A stretch of 64,000 nt of DNA. It comes from Auanema rhodensis (Eukaryota > Animalia > Nematoda). A model generated the notes under the pieces. That model made no database searches. It saw only the letters and a program-made list of their open reading frames with translations, and had not been told where the DNA came from. This document shows positions 25,700 through 38,800 of the stretch, in pieces (the first letter of the stretch is position 1; every line of letters starts with the position of its first letter). A program made the position numbers and the translations under genes. The stretch is taken from the NCBI GenBank assembly GCA_964057225.1, contig OZ059896.1, positions 6,386,001 through 6,450,000 on the forward strand. The letters are read 5' to 3'.

Positions 25700-28600
25700 T
25701 TATCCTCGTAAAGCTGAGCACATATCAGGGAAAAGATGTGGGATAGACCTTAAAATATTATTTTTATTTTATTTTTAAACATAAAATAAAGTTTAATATA
25801 AATTTATTTTACCGTTTTCGTCGTCTACAGTGAGAGCGTTGACAACAACATGTTGGAATTGGAGGTGGACAACATGATCGATTCTAAAATAATATAATTT
25901 AAACAATATTATATTTAATATTTGAAATGAGATAAATCTTTAAGAATAAAATACCTGGGTATTACAGCATTGTTGCGTTGGTTGTGGACAACATGTCTGA
26001 ACCAATGAGTTACAACATGGTTGTGTAGGTGCAGGTGTTGAGCAGCACAATGGAGAAGACTATAACGATTATTAGAGAATATTTCAATGAAATTTATACA
26101 AAATATAAGAAATTCTACAACATACTTGTTGACAACATTGAGATGATTGACCGCTACCACAAGATTGCTGGGCTGGTGGAGATGCACCACAGGAAGATGG
26201 ACATTGAGGGGAACACCCACCACCTGGAATAATAATAATAAATTTTTTAATAAATATTAAAGCAAACTGCAAGATGATTGTGCTTGAGGTTGACATGGAT
26301 TGAATGATATTGGCATACAGAGAGAACCTTGTCTACTGAATAACTGTCCTCCACAGCATTGGTTTTGCTTAAAATAGTTTTTGAACATAATTATTTACCA
26401 ATTCGATTAAATCTAATTTTCTAGTTTCTCAAATGCATTGGTAAATTCAAACCTGTGGAGCAGCAGCATAACTACTTGGAGCTATTCCATAACTAGATTG
26501 CTGAGGTTGGGCATATCCTCCTGCTTGAGGTTGAGCATATCCTCCTGCTTGAGGTTGGGCATATCCTCCTGCTTGAGGTTGAGCATATCCTCCTGCTTGA
26601 GGTTGAGCATATCCTCCTGCTTGTGGTTGAGCATATCCTCCTGCTTGTGGTTGAGCATATCCTCCTGCTTGTGGTTGAGCATATCCCTGAATGAAAATTA
26701 AATTATCAGTTATTCAATACAAATATAACATACGGTGGATGGTTGAGAGTAAGAATTTATAGCAGAGAGAGGAGGAGGTGGAATATATTGTGGAAGAGTA
26801 GGCATTTGGCTACCACCAGTTTGATATCCTCCCGCTGAAAATATGATAAAGATAATTATGATTAATGAAATAATGATAAAAGATATACATTGTGGTTGAG
26901 AATAACTTTGAGATGGTTGAGCGTATGTTGATGGACTAACTTGTACTGGTTGACTATAACCTCCAGAACTAGATGGCCCAGCTGCTCCTCCACTAAAAAT
27001 TAATACAAAAATATTCATTGATAATTTTCAAATTGTTACGTATAAGACGAAATATCTTTATTTTCAGTTTCTTCGATTGTTGTGCTACCATAACTTCCCG
27101 ATCCAAGTGGTGGAGTTTCCTCTGTTGCACCACTTTCTGATGGCTTTTGATAGGAGGACACATCGTGATCTTCTTCTAAATCTGAGTAAGAACTTTCTGG
27201 TTGAGAAGGAGCTGGTTCAGGATTTATGTTTCCATATTTTTCTTTTCCTGTTTCTTCTGTTTCATACATATCTTCTTCCCCACCTGCATATGACGTTGAC
27301 GATTCCGAGGATTTTTCCATATATGATGATTCGGAAGCGGGAAGATCCTCCTTATCTGGATAAGTGTCACCTTCTTCGGAAGGATATGAATTTCCAGATT
27401 CTGGTGCTGGAGCTGGAGCAGGAGCTGGAGCAGGAGCAGGAACAGGAGCAGAATATGATTCTGTTTTTTCCTGATAAGCGCTAGCAGGTGCTGGTGGTGG
27501 TAATTCTTCCTTTTCATCATAGGATCCACCGGCTTCAGGAGCTGGAACTGTGCTTTCAGAATAAGAACTAGATGGCGCAGGTGCTGGTGCTGGATAAGAA
27601 TTTCCTGCTGGTTCTGGAGCAGAATATGATGAAGCTGGAGCTGGTGGTGGAGCTGGTGCAGGTGATGGATAAGAATTTCCTGCTGGTTCTGGAGCAGAAT
27701 ATGATGAAGCTGGTGCTGGAGCTGGTGCTGGAGATGGATAAGAATTTCCTGCTGGTTCTGGAGCAGAATATGATGAAGCTGGAGCTGGTGGTGGAGCTGG
27801 TGCAGGTGATGGATAAGAATTTCCTGCTGGTTCTGGAGCAGAATATGATGAAGCTGGAGCTGGTGCTGGAGCTGGTGATGGATAAGAATTTCCTGCTGGT
27901 TCCGGAGCGGAATAGGATGAAGCTGGAGCTGGTGCTGGAGCTGGTGATGGATAAGAATTTCCTGCTGGTTCTGGAGCAGAATATGATGAAGCTGGAGCTG
28001 GTGCTGGAGCTGGTGAGGGATAAGAGTTCTCAGCTGGTTCTGGAGCAGAATATGATGAAGCTGGAGCTGGTGCTGGAGCTGGTGAGGGATAAGAGTTCTC
28101 AGCTGGTTCTGGAGCAGAATATGATGAAGCTGGTGGTGGAACGGGTGCTGGGGGTGGAGCTGGTGCGGGTGAAGGATAAGAGGTTTCTTCTGGCTCAGGA
28201 GCAGAATAAGAAGATGATGGAGCTGGTTCTGGTTCTGGGGCTGGTTCTGGTGCAGGAGCTGGTCCTGGAGATGGATAAGAACTTTCTGCTGGTTCGGGAG
28301 CAGAATAAGATGAAGCTGGAGCTGGTGCAGGAGATGGGTAGGAATTTCCTGCTGGTTCGGGGGCAGAGTAAGACGAAGCAGGTGGCGGTGGAGCTGGAGC
28401 TGGTGCAGGAGCAGGTGCTGGTGCTGGATACGAAGTTTCTTCTTCAGGACCCGAATATGATTCTGCCGGAGCTGGTGCTGGAGCTGGTGCTGGAGCAGGT
28501 GATGGATATGCGCTTTCTGGTGCAGCATTTGCAGAATTAGGTGCAGAGTACGAACTACCTGATGTAGCAGCAGCTGGATATGTTTCAGAAGAGGATGGCG

Positions 28601-31486
28601 ATGGGTATGAGGTTTGTGCTGGAGGAGGTGGTGGAAGTGCAACGGGAGCTGCAGGTGGTGTTTCTGGTGCTGGCGCAGGATAAGAGGATGAATCTAAAAA
28701 TATAACTTAAAATAGACGTAATTAACTTGTTTTCAGCAGATTTTATGATACAATGCTATACAAATTTGGATTGTGCAACTTTTGCATGCATGTGAACGCC
28801 TATATTCAGGTTTTTAAATACAAAATTTTTGTATTTTTCGCTACCATACACATTTCTTAAACCCAAATTTCATTGTATACCTGAGCCACTTTCTTCTATT
28901 TTATCATAGCTTCCAGTTTCTTCGGGAGCCTGAGGAGGAGCAATAGGTGGAAGCCCAGCACTCTCAAGTGGTGCAGGTCCTCCAGAAGATTCATCACATG
29001 GAATACATGCGGCTCCCTTTGAAGCTGGAGCTGATCCATCAATGGTAGAATACCCTGAGCCACGATCTGTAACGTAGCTCAGTGATTGGAGAGAGTAAGA
29101 AGAGGTATAAGTAAAGTCATCTAAGTACGGACATCTAGTGACAAAACATGACAACCTTTGTACAATATTAAGAAACAAATGAATTAGAACTAAATATGAT
29201 AGGTTTAAGATAATATCTATATATAATTCTAATTTAACATTAAAAACTCATAGTTGAACATATAAACTAGAAGTAAAACCAGATTATGTAATGATGTAAA
29301 AATTTAATTAGTTATCATTAACCAAGCAACTTTTCTTCTAGTTGCTATGAATGTATTGTACTGATAAGTAGCCAGTAACTGTCAGAATAACTGTTAGATG
29401 TCGTTAATTATGTGATGAGATGATTTAAGCGCATTTACGTATAATAAAAACTTGATTAAACTTCCGTATTGCTTAACTATGGCTCGATAGCTGTCAGAGA
29501 ACAGAAAACATATCAGAAGCATGTAACAAGTTGGGTGTTACGCAGTAGTTGTCTAGATAACAAACAAACTCTTGTATTTTGTTATTAATTTTAAAAAAAA
29601 TGTTGTTATATAAGATATGGCGTGTTGATAGTGAGTGATGGTGAGTGATAAAAGCTCTAACTAATAAGAATTATTTAGTAAAAATAAAACAAACGGATTA
29701 GTTGAGGCATTGTTGGTGGAGCTACAGGTGGCTGAGCTCTCCAGACATATAAAGATTTTTCCTCCACCTCATCTTCTGTTGCATCATCGTCCTCGGTACT
29801 TTGCTCCGCTGGTTCGACTTGCAATGGCTGCTCAGAAGCAGGAATGTTTTCGAATAGCGAGTTACTTGAGATTATAGGCACTTTTGTAACCGGCTCTATG
29901 CTGATAGAGAACGGCATTGGCGATAATCCTGAGAAGTATAGTTAGATTCTTAAGCAGTTAAGTTATAAAGAAAGAGGAAAGAAGATGAACTACGTAATAG
30001 AGATAAAGAAGCGAAAATACAGAACTTGTTTAGAACTAGAACGATAATGCTTGTATCGGTCTTTGTATCTATTCTTCTATGCTTTAAAACAATTTCTAAT
30101 AGAAAATGTCAGTGAAATGTGATGACGTGATTGTAATGATTGTTGTTTATAAAGCTGTGAAGCTGTTTTATTACTAAAAGATTTGATAGATGGAATAGTT
30201 GTGATTTCCATATATATGTATAACAGTTCTCTATTTTCAAAAAATGTATAGAATATTATAAAAAGAAATATATAGTTAGAGACAGAGAAAAAGAGAGAGA
30301 TACAGAGAAATAGATAGAAAGAGAGGATAGGAGAGATTAAATGAATAGTTAGTACCGTCATAACCATCAGGAAACTGATCAACTTCATGAAGATTAAAAT
30401 TCTGAAAATCTGCAATAGGTTGTAAGTATGATTAAAGCATTAATAGACACAGCAAAGCATCCTTATATGTTATATGTTAAAATTAACTTATTATTTACAT
30501 AAATATATTAACTTATATATACATATAGATAATGCATACCTGTTCTTGATGAATAACCACTTTTCTATAATATTTTTATTTAAAAACAGTTATTAATTAT
30601 ATTTTTTAAGATATACCTCAATTTGATCTACAGATCTTTTTACAGATAATTCAGTAGATTCTTCAGAATCATCTAATTCTTCACTTGAATAAGCTATAAT
30701 AAAGTTTTGTTATTACTTGTGTTGTATTTGTTTTATGTTTTTTACCAGCGCTGTCTGAATCTACTGGAGGTTCACGACGTCTGTTCCTTTGTCCATGTTC
30801 TATAGATCTTTCAGCTGAAATGCCGTCTTCTACTTCTTCTTCTGACTCAATTAATTCTTCTGGTTGTGGAGTAGCATAAGCTTTTCCTCCATTACCTCCA
30901 GCGTAAAACTGATCCAAAACCTAAAAAAATGAGAAGTTAAGAATTTACATTATAATATTCATTTACCATTTGAGATTGTCCTAGATTTTGGATGGTAAAA
31001 CGATGCTTACTGTTACTGATTGGTTCATGTACCCATTCAAACGGTATGCTAACACCATCAGCACGAGAAATGCGTGAATGTTCTTCAGATTCAACAAATG
31101 AAGTATCGTCTTCAAGACTATCAGCATCATCAATTTCTCTTTTTTTTGGAATTTGATCAATATTCCTAAATTTTGAAAATAAACAAAGTAATCGAATGTT
31201 TTTTGTGATTTTAGCATAATATAAATATTAAATATTTGTTATAATTAAGTAATAATAGAATTATATAAATTAAAAAAACTTACTTAATTCCTTGAGAATC
31301 ACCCAAATCTTTATCTGTTGGAATTTCCGGCGGAGGATAATATTTGACACTTTGTGATATTGGTAAATCAGCTTTAAATTCAAAACCATTTTGCTTATAG
31401 GATGGTAAATTGAAATTTTCACTAGCCAATGTGTAAGATATTAAAATAGATAATAAACAAAGCATAGTATGCCTTGAGAAATGCAT
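25700..31486 (-). CDS. Secreted Pro/Ala/Ser/Tyr-rich repeat protein with Cys-rich C-terminus (putative cuticle/extracellular matrix protein), ~17 exons
   Basis: Signal-peptide-like start MHFSRHTMLCLLSILISYTLA at 31486. Phase-consistent GT-AG exons: ~31284-31486, 30967-31165, 30746-30920, 30617-30693, 30540-30564, 30356-30409, 29692-29928, 28881-29067, 27040-28693 (PAPAPASSYSAPEPAGNSYPS repeats), 26889-26992, 26733-26834, 26452-26687 (GYAQPQAG repeats), then Cys-rich exons (QCCGG, PLCCSTP, SCCPPPIPTCCCQRSHCRRRKR) to TAA at 25700. The join across 29067-29692 is the least certain, so this could be two genes. Confidence 0.75.
26501..26687 (-). repeat. Coding 24-bp tandem repeat, 8 x GYAQPQAG
   Basis: GCATATCC recurs every 24 bp on the + strand; the exon is bounded by a TTCAG acceptor on the - strand. 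Confidence 0.93.
27590..28140 (-). repeat. Coding minisatellite, 8 units of 69/75 bp (23/25 aa; PAPAPAPASSYSAPEPAGNSYPS)
   Basis: The core GCTGGTTCTGGAGCAGAATATGATGAAGCTGG (one variant copy) starts at 27607, 27682, 27751, 27826, 27895, 27964, 28033 and 28102. Degenerate units flank it to ~27380 and ~28690. Confidence 0.93.
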
Positions 31487-34400
31487 AGTTGTTGAACTTT
31501 GTGGTTCAAATGAATAGTATGGCTCTCAATATCCACTAGATAGATATGAAGACAATTCAAGACAAGAGTTGAAGGCTATAGTAACGTCTTCTAGAAATTG
31601 GAATAGTTTTGGACAGTGGTTTCTTCTTGAAGTCAGTTAGTCCTCCAAACAGCTGGGCATTCCAAGATAGATATAAGTGTGCACAGCACGCTCTCCTCAC
31701 AGCTTGTTCAAGTAGGCGGAGTTTAACGGGCACGCCTTGTAAGGATAACAAGCGGGGTGGAACGATTTGTATGATTGAAGAAAGATATAGGAACAGATAG
31801 AAATGAAAGCTTCAAGACAGATTTTTTTGAGAAATTAAGGAAAGGTTTGTTTATGAGAAAGAGATATATATATAGAGTCAGAGAGAAATAAAGAGAGCGA
31901 GAAAATACAGAGATAGTAAGACGATAGGAAGACAGACTTTGAGATCTTGAGTAGAGAAGAAGATAAAAATATTGTAATATGAAAGAGAATCTCACAACAT
32001 TTCATGTTTAGATGAAATATTAATTTGTATAATATTTATATAATAATAATACTAATTAATATTAATCTTTTATTAGAACTCAACTGAATTGTCATGGTTA
32101 TAGCAGTGATTCATCTTAACTAATTCGAATGAACAACACATGAAAACATGAAGAATTGAAACTTGAAACCTTGTGTCATAACCTAAACTTCTAGAAACAA
32201 TGGAAAGTTAAACCGGATAACAGTCTTAAATCCGTTAACGGTGTTTTGATTTTCTATCTTTCTTTCATTCGCATTTCATTTCATATGTCTCGAAATGGTG
32301 AAAACAGGAGAAGAGGGTGAATACTTTCACTGCAGGACAACTCCTGACCTCATCGTGTCGAATTATGAAATGAATAAAACGAGAAGATGAAAAACACTTT
32401 CATCGGAAAAACTAAATTACTTAAATACTAAACTATCTATATGTTTATATATATGAAGATACATATAGTAAACTTTATCTTTATATATAAGAGATAAATT
32501 GTCATTTATCTTTTATTTATTTTCAAATTAATAGTTTCTTGTATGTATATTTATAGGAAATGACAATCTGATTATCAATTAGAGTTTTTGATGTGAACTA
32601 CATGTGTTCATATATCATAATATATGTATATCTCTTACTACTATAACTTCAATTATTGAAATAAATGAATGTGACAGCAGTTTTTTATAAGTTACAATAT
32701 CATTATACATACAATACAAATTATAAATATTATATATTATTCAAAAACTGCTTCACCAATCATTTGAAGACATCACAGCTTGAAAAATCCGTGTAAACAT
32801 CTAAATAAACCATTTTGTATAATTTTTTTTATTTATTCTTCATCAAAGATTTGTAAATGACAAAAAACGGTTGAAACGAGAACGGAAATGATTCCGTAGA
32901 TATAGCAAGCACGTTTTGATGAGAAAAATAGGTCTGTTTGAGGATCCAACTTGATGACTTGGGAATTCCGATTTGAACCAAACCAAAGCTAGTAATCTTC
33001 TAGCAATAAATGGTAACCAGTTCAGGAGCATCTTTTCATATTAAAAGAAAAAAATTTAAAAAAACAAAGAAGGTGAATTGTCGAAATGAAAAAGAAAATA
33101 AATGAAATGAAAGTAAAACAGAAGAAGACAATTTGGTAATGAAAACTATCAATTTGAATTGTTACAAAAACAAGGAAATTACTTCCGGAATCAATAAATG
33201 AATCATTGAATCTTATATCTTCTGATGTGAATTACAATGTTTCTGTTCGGATTTGAAATATTATTGTCCTTTACCTAATCAAATTAATATTTTATAATTG
33301 CTCTGTCAGGTATATTTAGGTTTATAAAATGTAAAAGAAAACAAGAAAATCAAGATTCAACTAGTTTCTTGATTTAAATAGGATAATCGCAAGCTTTTCT
33401 ACTTTCAAAGCATTCTGATTTATCGTATGATCATGCTTGCCATCTAGTAAATCGTCAATTTCATCTTGTAACTTGGTCAAGCTTCTATATTAGCCAAAAC
33501 GATTGACATCTATAAGTCCTCTTCTTAATTAATAAACTAAATCTGATAAAATGGTGAAAGCATTCATCGAAATCTGTTTATATGTTTTTAGCCATTCAAA
33601 ACTAATCTTTGTTCTAGCAGCGTGAATATATTCAGAAACTTTTTTTCTTCAAAACTTTTCGAGGTCAAGCTATGGTTTTCCTTTTAAGCAAGTTTATTTT
33701 ACAAACTGCTATTATGGAAATGAAAGTTTATTACCATTTGGATCATTTCTTGTGGCTCAAACGTATAATTTTTATGATATATTTATATTTTACTTACCTT
33801 TTATATATTTATTTGACAATAAAACAAAAAAAAAGTAACATACTATTATTATTATTATAAAAACAATATTTCATTATACAATATAAAAAAAGAATACTTG
33901 TTAAGTTGAATTGTTAATAGAAATGAGGACATTATAAAGTGGTTCATAAAAAATATTTGAAAATACACTTCAAATATTTGTAAATTTACAAATATTACTT
34001 CAATTTAAAATATAATTGTTAGTATAAGTATATGTGAAACAATATATTTTGAATATTTCAAATCAATATCATCAAAGCAAAAAATGTTATTTCATTGAAC
34101 TAGTTACATAGATACGGTTGCATTCATGTCTACCCTATTAACATCAAACGAATACTTTATATTTGTGATTTCATAAGAAGTAATTCTTACTTAGAAAATG
34201 ACATCAACATTTATATTTAAATTATATTTAATATTTAAGATGATTTCAATTTATTAGAAAAACTATTATTCATTGCTTTATTGGTTAAATGCTAACAAAT
34301 TAGCTTTTCAATGCTTGCTTATAGTTTGTTAGCAGAAAAGCGTAGTATAACCAGTCTAACCAGGAATACAACTAGTTGCATTCACACAATGCTCATCTAA

Positions 34401-34893
34401 TCTGTTTTTGAAAAGAATGTTTAACATTAGAAATTTAAATATTTTCAATTTTGAATATTTTAGATTATTTACTTAATGACCTCATATTATCTTAATTATA
34501 TTATATTTAAAATAATTATTAAAATAATTAAATAACATGATCTTAATTGATTTATTTGTCATTCTCTATATTGTTTATGAAATCATTATAGGTAATATAA
34601 TGATACTTTGAAGTAAATTATAAATTGTATGTATTCAATAATGTTTAGAAAGAAGATAAAACTGATACGACGACAAGTTTAGCTACCGAGAACTACCGGT
34701 TAGGATCAGGAACCAGAAAGCTTACTCCTCCTCTTTAAGCAGTTAGAACGAGAAATATAGAGCTTGTCCATTGATTTCTGATCAGATATATTATAGATAA
34801 AATTCATCTCGATTACAAATATATAAACCTAAGGTATACTCCCAATTCAAAATAAAAATATAATTAAGGACAACTCATGAAAGAAAAAATGAA

Positions 34894-35296
34894 TTAATTA
34901 TCTCCAGACATTTTCTTCCACTTAATTGATAATTCAGCTAAAACAAAAGCTCGTACATTTGGATCTTTTACTTTTTCACTGATTTCTGATAAAACTTTCG
35001 TTTTGCTCATTCCATCTAAATAAGATATTTAAAAAATGCTTTACCATGTCGAGTACCATAATAATCAACTAAACTATTTCCATATTCAATCCAAACACAG
35101 TTGTTACATCCTTGACCACAGCACAGTCCTTCTTCTGGTTCATCTGGTCGAGATGTCAGGCAAGCGGAGTTGTCTGATGACTTAAATTTAAAATAAACAT
35201 AACTTGGTTATAAAAATTTCACTTTCTCACATTATCTCCAACTGAGAAAAATCGTTTTCTTACGAAGAAACGAGAAACAATAGACAATTTATTCAT
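34894..35296 (-). CDS. Oxidoreductase-like domain-containing protein (OXLD1-like), probably mitochondrial, 3 exons
   Basis: Spliced product MNKLSIVSRFFVRKRFFSVGDN|SSDNSACLTSRPDEPEEGLCCGQGCNNCVWIEYGNSLVDYYGTRH|DGMSKTKVLSEISEKVKDPNVRAFVLAELSIKWKKMSGDN*. It has the CCxxGCxxCVW motif of the Oxidored-like family and an Arg-rich presequence-like N-terminus, with a TTTCTCAG acceptor 5 nt before the ATG. Largely missed by the ORF track. Confidence 0.85.
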
Positions 35297-35880
35297 AGAA
35301 TCTGAGAAAGACTTCACAGTATCTAGATATAACCAGAAATATACATATATAGTATTATAATAATTCAGCATCTGCATGTATAGAGAGAAAAACAAAGATT
35401 TCTCAGTAATAGGAATAAGTTGAGAAATCAAGGATTTATTAAGCATACGTTAAATTATATGCAGTATTATTATTTTTAATGATTGAGAGTTATATATACG
35501 AAATAAATAACAGATCTGCTTAAATAAATGATGTATTAGTTAAAGTAAAGAAGTTTGAGCAGTTAAATATTTTGAACTGATAGATAGGATAGATAGTATG
35601 CATCTCACAAGCACATGAAGAAATATATACCCGCAAAAAAAGAAGAAGAAGGAAAGAATCATAGAACACGATGTTAGCATATATGTAAACAACTGAGAAG
35701 AAACTCATTTAAATCATTAAGGAATGAATCAATGGACTCCTTGACATAAATAACACTTAACACCGAATACATACATCTTATTTACAATGCAAATGTACAA
35801 GTTTTGGGAAGTTTTTGATATGAAAACTATTAGCTTACTAATTCCAATTTACATATTGTAACATTGGATAACCTAAACAG

Positions 35881-38800
35881 TTAATCGAACTTTGCTTCTT
35901 TCAATGCTGCTGCAAGTTCTTCCAGAGGAGGAGATAAACCACGTAGAGGTTTAGAGGTTGTCGATGTATAAATAGCAGAGTAGCTAAAATAAAAGTACAT
36001 TTTTGAAAAATACGCAAACACCTACTCATTTTGCACATCTGAACGCCGTTTAACTATGTGATTATCATCAAAATCGTTGGAACTTGCTGAGCTCGAAGCA
36101 TCCGAACTTGGCTGGTCACATGGAGTATGTCTTGAAATAGCGCTATCACAACTTCTACTCGAACCACGAGCATCCAATATTGTACTATCATGTAATAAAG
36201 ATATACGTTGTTGAGTTTTACCACTTTGCACACCGTCGGAACTATAAAAAAGTATAAGAAATGTTGAAATAATAAATTAACAACTTACAGAGGATACACT
36301 CTACCAGTATCATCTTTCACATTCAATTCTCGTCGTAAATGTTGTAGCTGATCTCGTAAAGAAGTCATTACAGGCATTCTGGTCACTGAATAGCCGGTAG
36401 ATGACTGAGAAATTGTAGATGCATGGGAATCTGGTCTTTCCGTTTCCCAAATAGGTCTAAAAGAATAACTTAAAAACAATGGAATATATAATCAGCAAAC
36501 CGTGATAAAGGTGAAATAGTCTTTTCTCTTTCTTTTTGATCTCGCTGGGCAAATTTAACAGTGAGCTCATTTGCAATACGTGAAGGTATATCAGTTCGAA
36601 GCAATGGTGGAGTTGTATTTTCTTCCGATGTTCTACGATAATGATCATCAAAAGCTGATCGGTTAGAAGATCTAAAATAATAATTTCAACTTTGCATCAA
36701 ATGTTTAGTGTTACCTGCTCGATAAACTAGGTTGACTATATATATCTTCCTTAGGTGATGCTTGAACAGTAGATTGCGTTGTAATCCTTGGCAAAGATGG
36801 AATATCGGCTTCCGTACTAATTGACATTTCATAAGTACTATCCAACATATGATCATTTTCATTGTGCGACATGTGATTATGAGGATGATCTTCATCATCA
36901 GAAGCATCTCTGAATTTAAAATTCAAAAAGAATAGAGCTGAAACTTTAATACCCATCATCCATATATCCTAGGTGTTCAGTAGCGGATATTGAATATTTA
37001 TCATAGATAGGACCAGCGGGATCAGAGGGAAACACTTCCAAAGAATGAACAATTAAGCCACGCACAAGTTCATTCACATAGTTATGATAAAACACCTTAA
37101 ATTTTAAAAGAATAAGCTTATTTGTATTCGCAATATTACTTGATCTTTTCCTTCTGGTATGGGAAGAAGTGTTGGTCCGAAACAGATTGCAAGACTATGC
37201 GGCTCCATCATGTTTTCATCTGCAAACTCGCAGAGATGGGAAAGAAAACCGAACAGATATCTGAGTAAAAGGATATTACACGCGGGTAACTTAGCAATCA
37301 AATCTCTCGTCTAAAAAAAAAGAAATAAATTATGAATTACTTTCATTAACTAACTTTTCTAATAAATTCTTGAGGGCTATCAGCTTTAGCACAGTCGGTG
37401 AATTGATCGAATAAGAAAATTGGAAATAATGGTTCCCTTAACTCTCTTAGGTAAAGCTTTAGAACACCTGCAACCGAGTTTGATTCAGATCCATCGATTA
37501 ACTCAGAAAACGCATCTTCTCCTATATTTTCTATTATAAGAGCACTTAATAAGCTCTGATCAAACCTCTCTCATATGATTCCTTATAACGGGTAATTTCT
37601 GACTGAGATCCACTAATACGGAACAAGCCCTGATTTCTTAAAGAAAACCTGGATAGATATCCAACAGATGACATAACAACCAGTGGAATAAGTTCTCCCG
37701 TTGCTTCAACATACTCATCCAAACTCCCCCCTAAAATTATATTTACACCCAAAAACAGAGTTAATATTACCAAAAAGTTTTGGACGCGGTTGAGTGAGAT
37801 CAGGAGCAGTTCCACCAATTCGTCTTATCTTTTTGCGTCCAACGTCATCAAAAATCATGGTGAGAGATTCTGTTGGCTCTAAATATATGAAAAACTGAAC
37901 GAAATGAAAAAAAATAAAATACCCCCTTCTCGAACTAATGCTTCAACTATAGCTTTAGTACGGGCTTCCAAGCGCTCAATAAGATTTCCATTAAGCAGAA
38001 AACATTCGAATTTCTAAAATATCGATATAGAAAAAGCAAAATAATATTAAATCCGACTTCTAAATAATATTGATAAGCATCAAGCACATCTTTTCTCCAT
38101 TTAACCATGTCAGTTGGGGTATCACGATAAAGTTCATGTAAATGTCTTTCACAAGCTTCTAAAGTTTTCCATAGCTAAAGATTAACATTTTAATAATGAA
38201 CAGCATATTTTATAAAAAAAACCTCATCGCTTTCCAACCGAAGACCATGGAGTCTTTTTTCTATTTGTTTTTGTCGTTGAGACAAGTCTACCATTAACCC
38301 ACGTTCAGCGGATACTATACTTATATCATCTCCTATTTGTGATCTTAAAATATTTCCAGTTTCAAACAAGAAACGAAATTTCAGAAACCTGAATTCAAAC
38401 TGTTTTGGTAACATGAATGTAGCATGATGAGCTTCGAAGAATCTTTGCTTATCTGCCTTTGAATCTAATGATGACCGCAAAGTCCCTAACTCAGCAAGTG
38501 AGTCCATTTCTCTTTGAGTCAAGCGCTTCCTAACATCAATTACATGATCTGAAAACATTTGTTTTCCCTTTTATGCAGTCGAAATTAAAATCCCATGTCT
38601 ATTAATATTCTATCATACTGTATAGTTACCCCAAACTACTAAACAAATAATAAAGCTGTGAACACCAGCAACATACAGTTCGCTGAATCTCGATACCTCA
38701 CACCTCAGTATATTATGGGTCTGTTGTCTTCGCGTTTCTATTCAGTGGACCCGTATTGAATTTCAGTAGTCTCCATTCTCATAACTTCAAGAACACAATC

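Noticed and set aside
26438-26701. MLNHKQED and LSISSCLR repeat ORFs
   Set aside because: Alternative frames of the GYAQPQAG exon.
27224-28642. 472-aa His/Gln/Leu ORF (-) and 322-aa Leu/Val/Glu ORF (+, 27572-28540)
   Set aside because: Shadow frames of the Pro/Ala/Ser repeat exon. Only the third frame is splice-compatible with the flanking exons.
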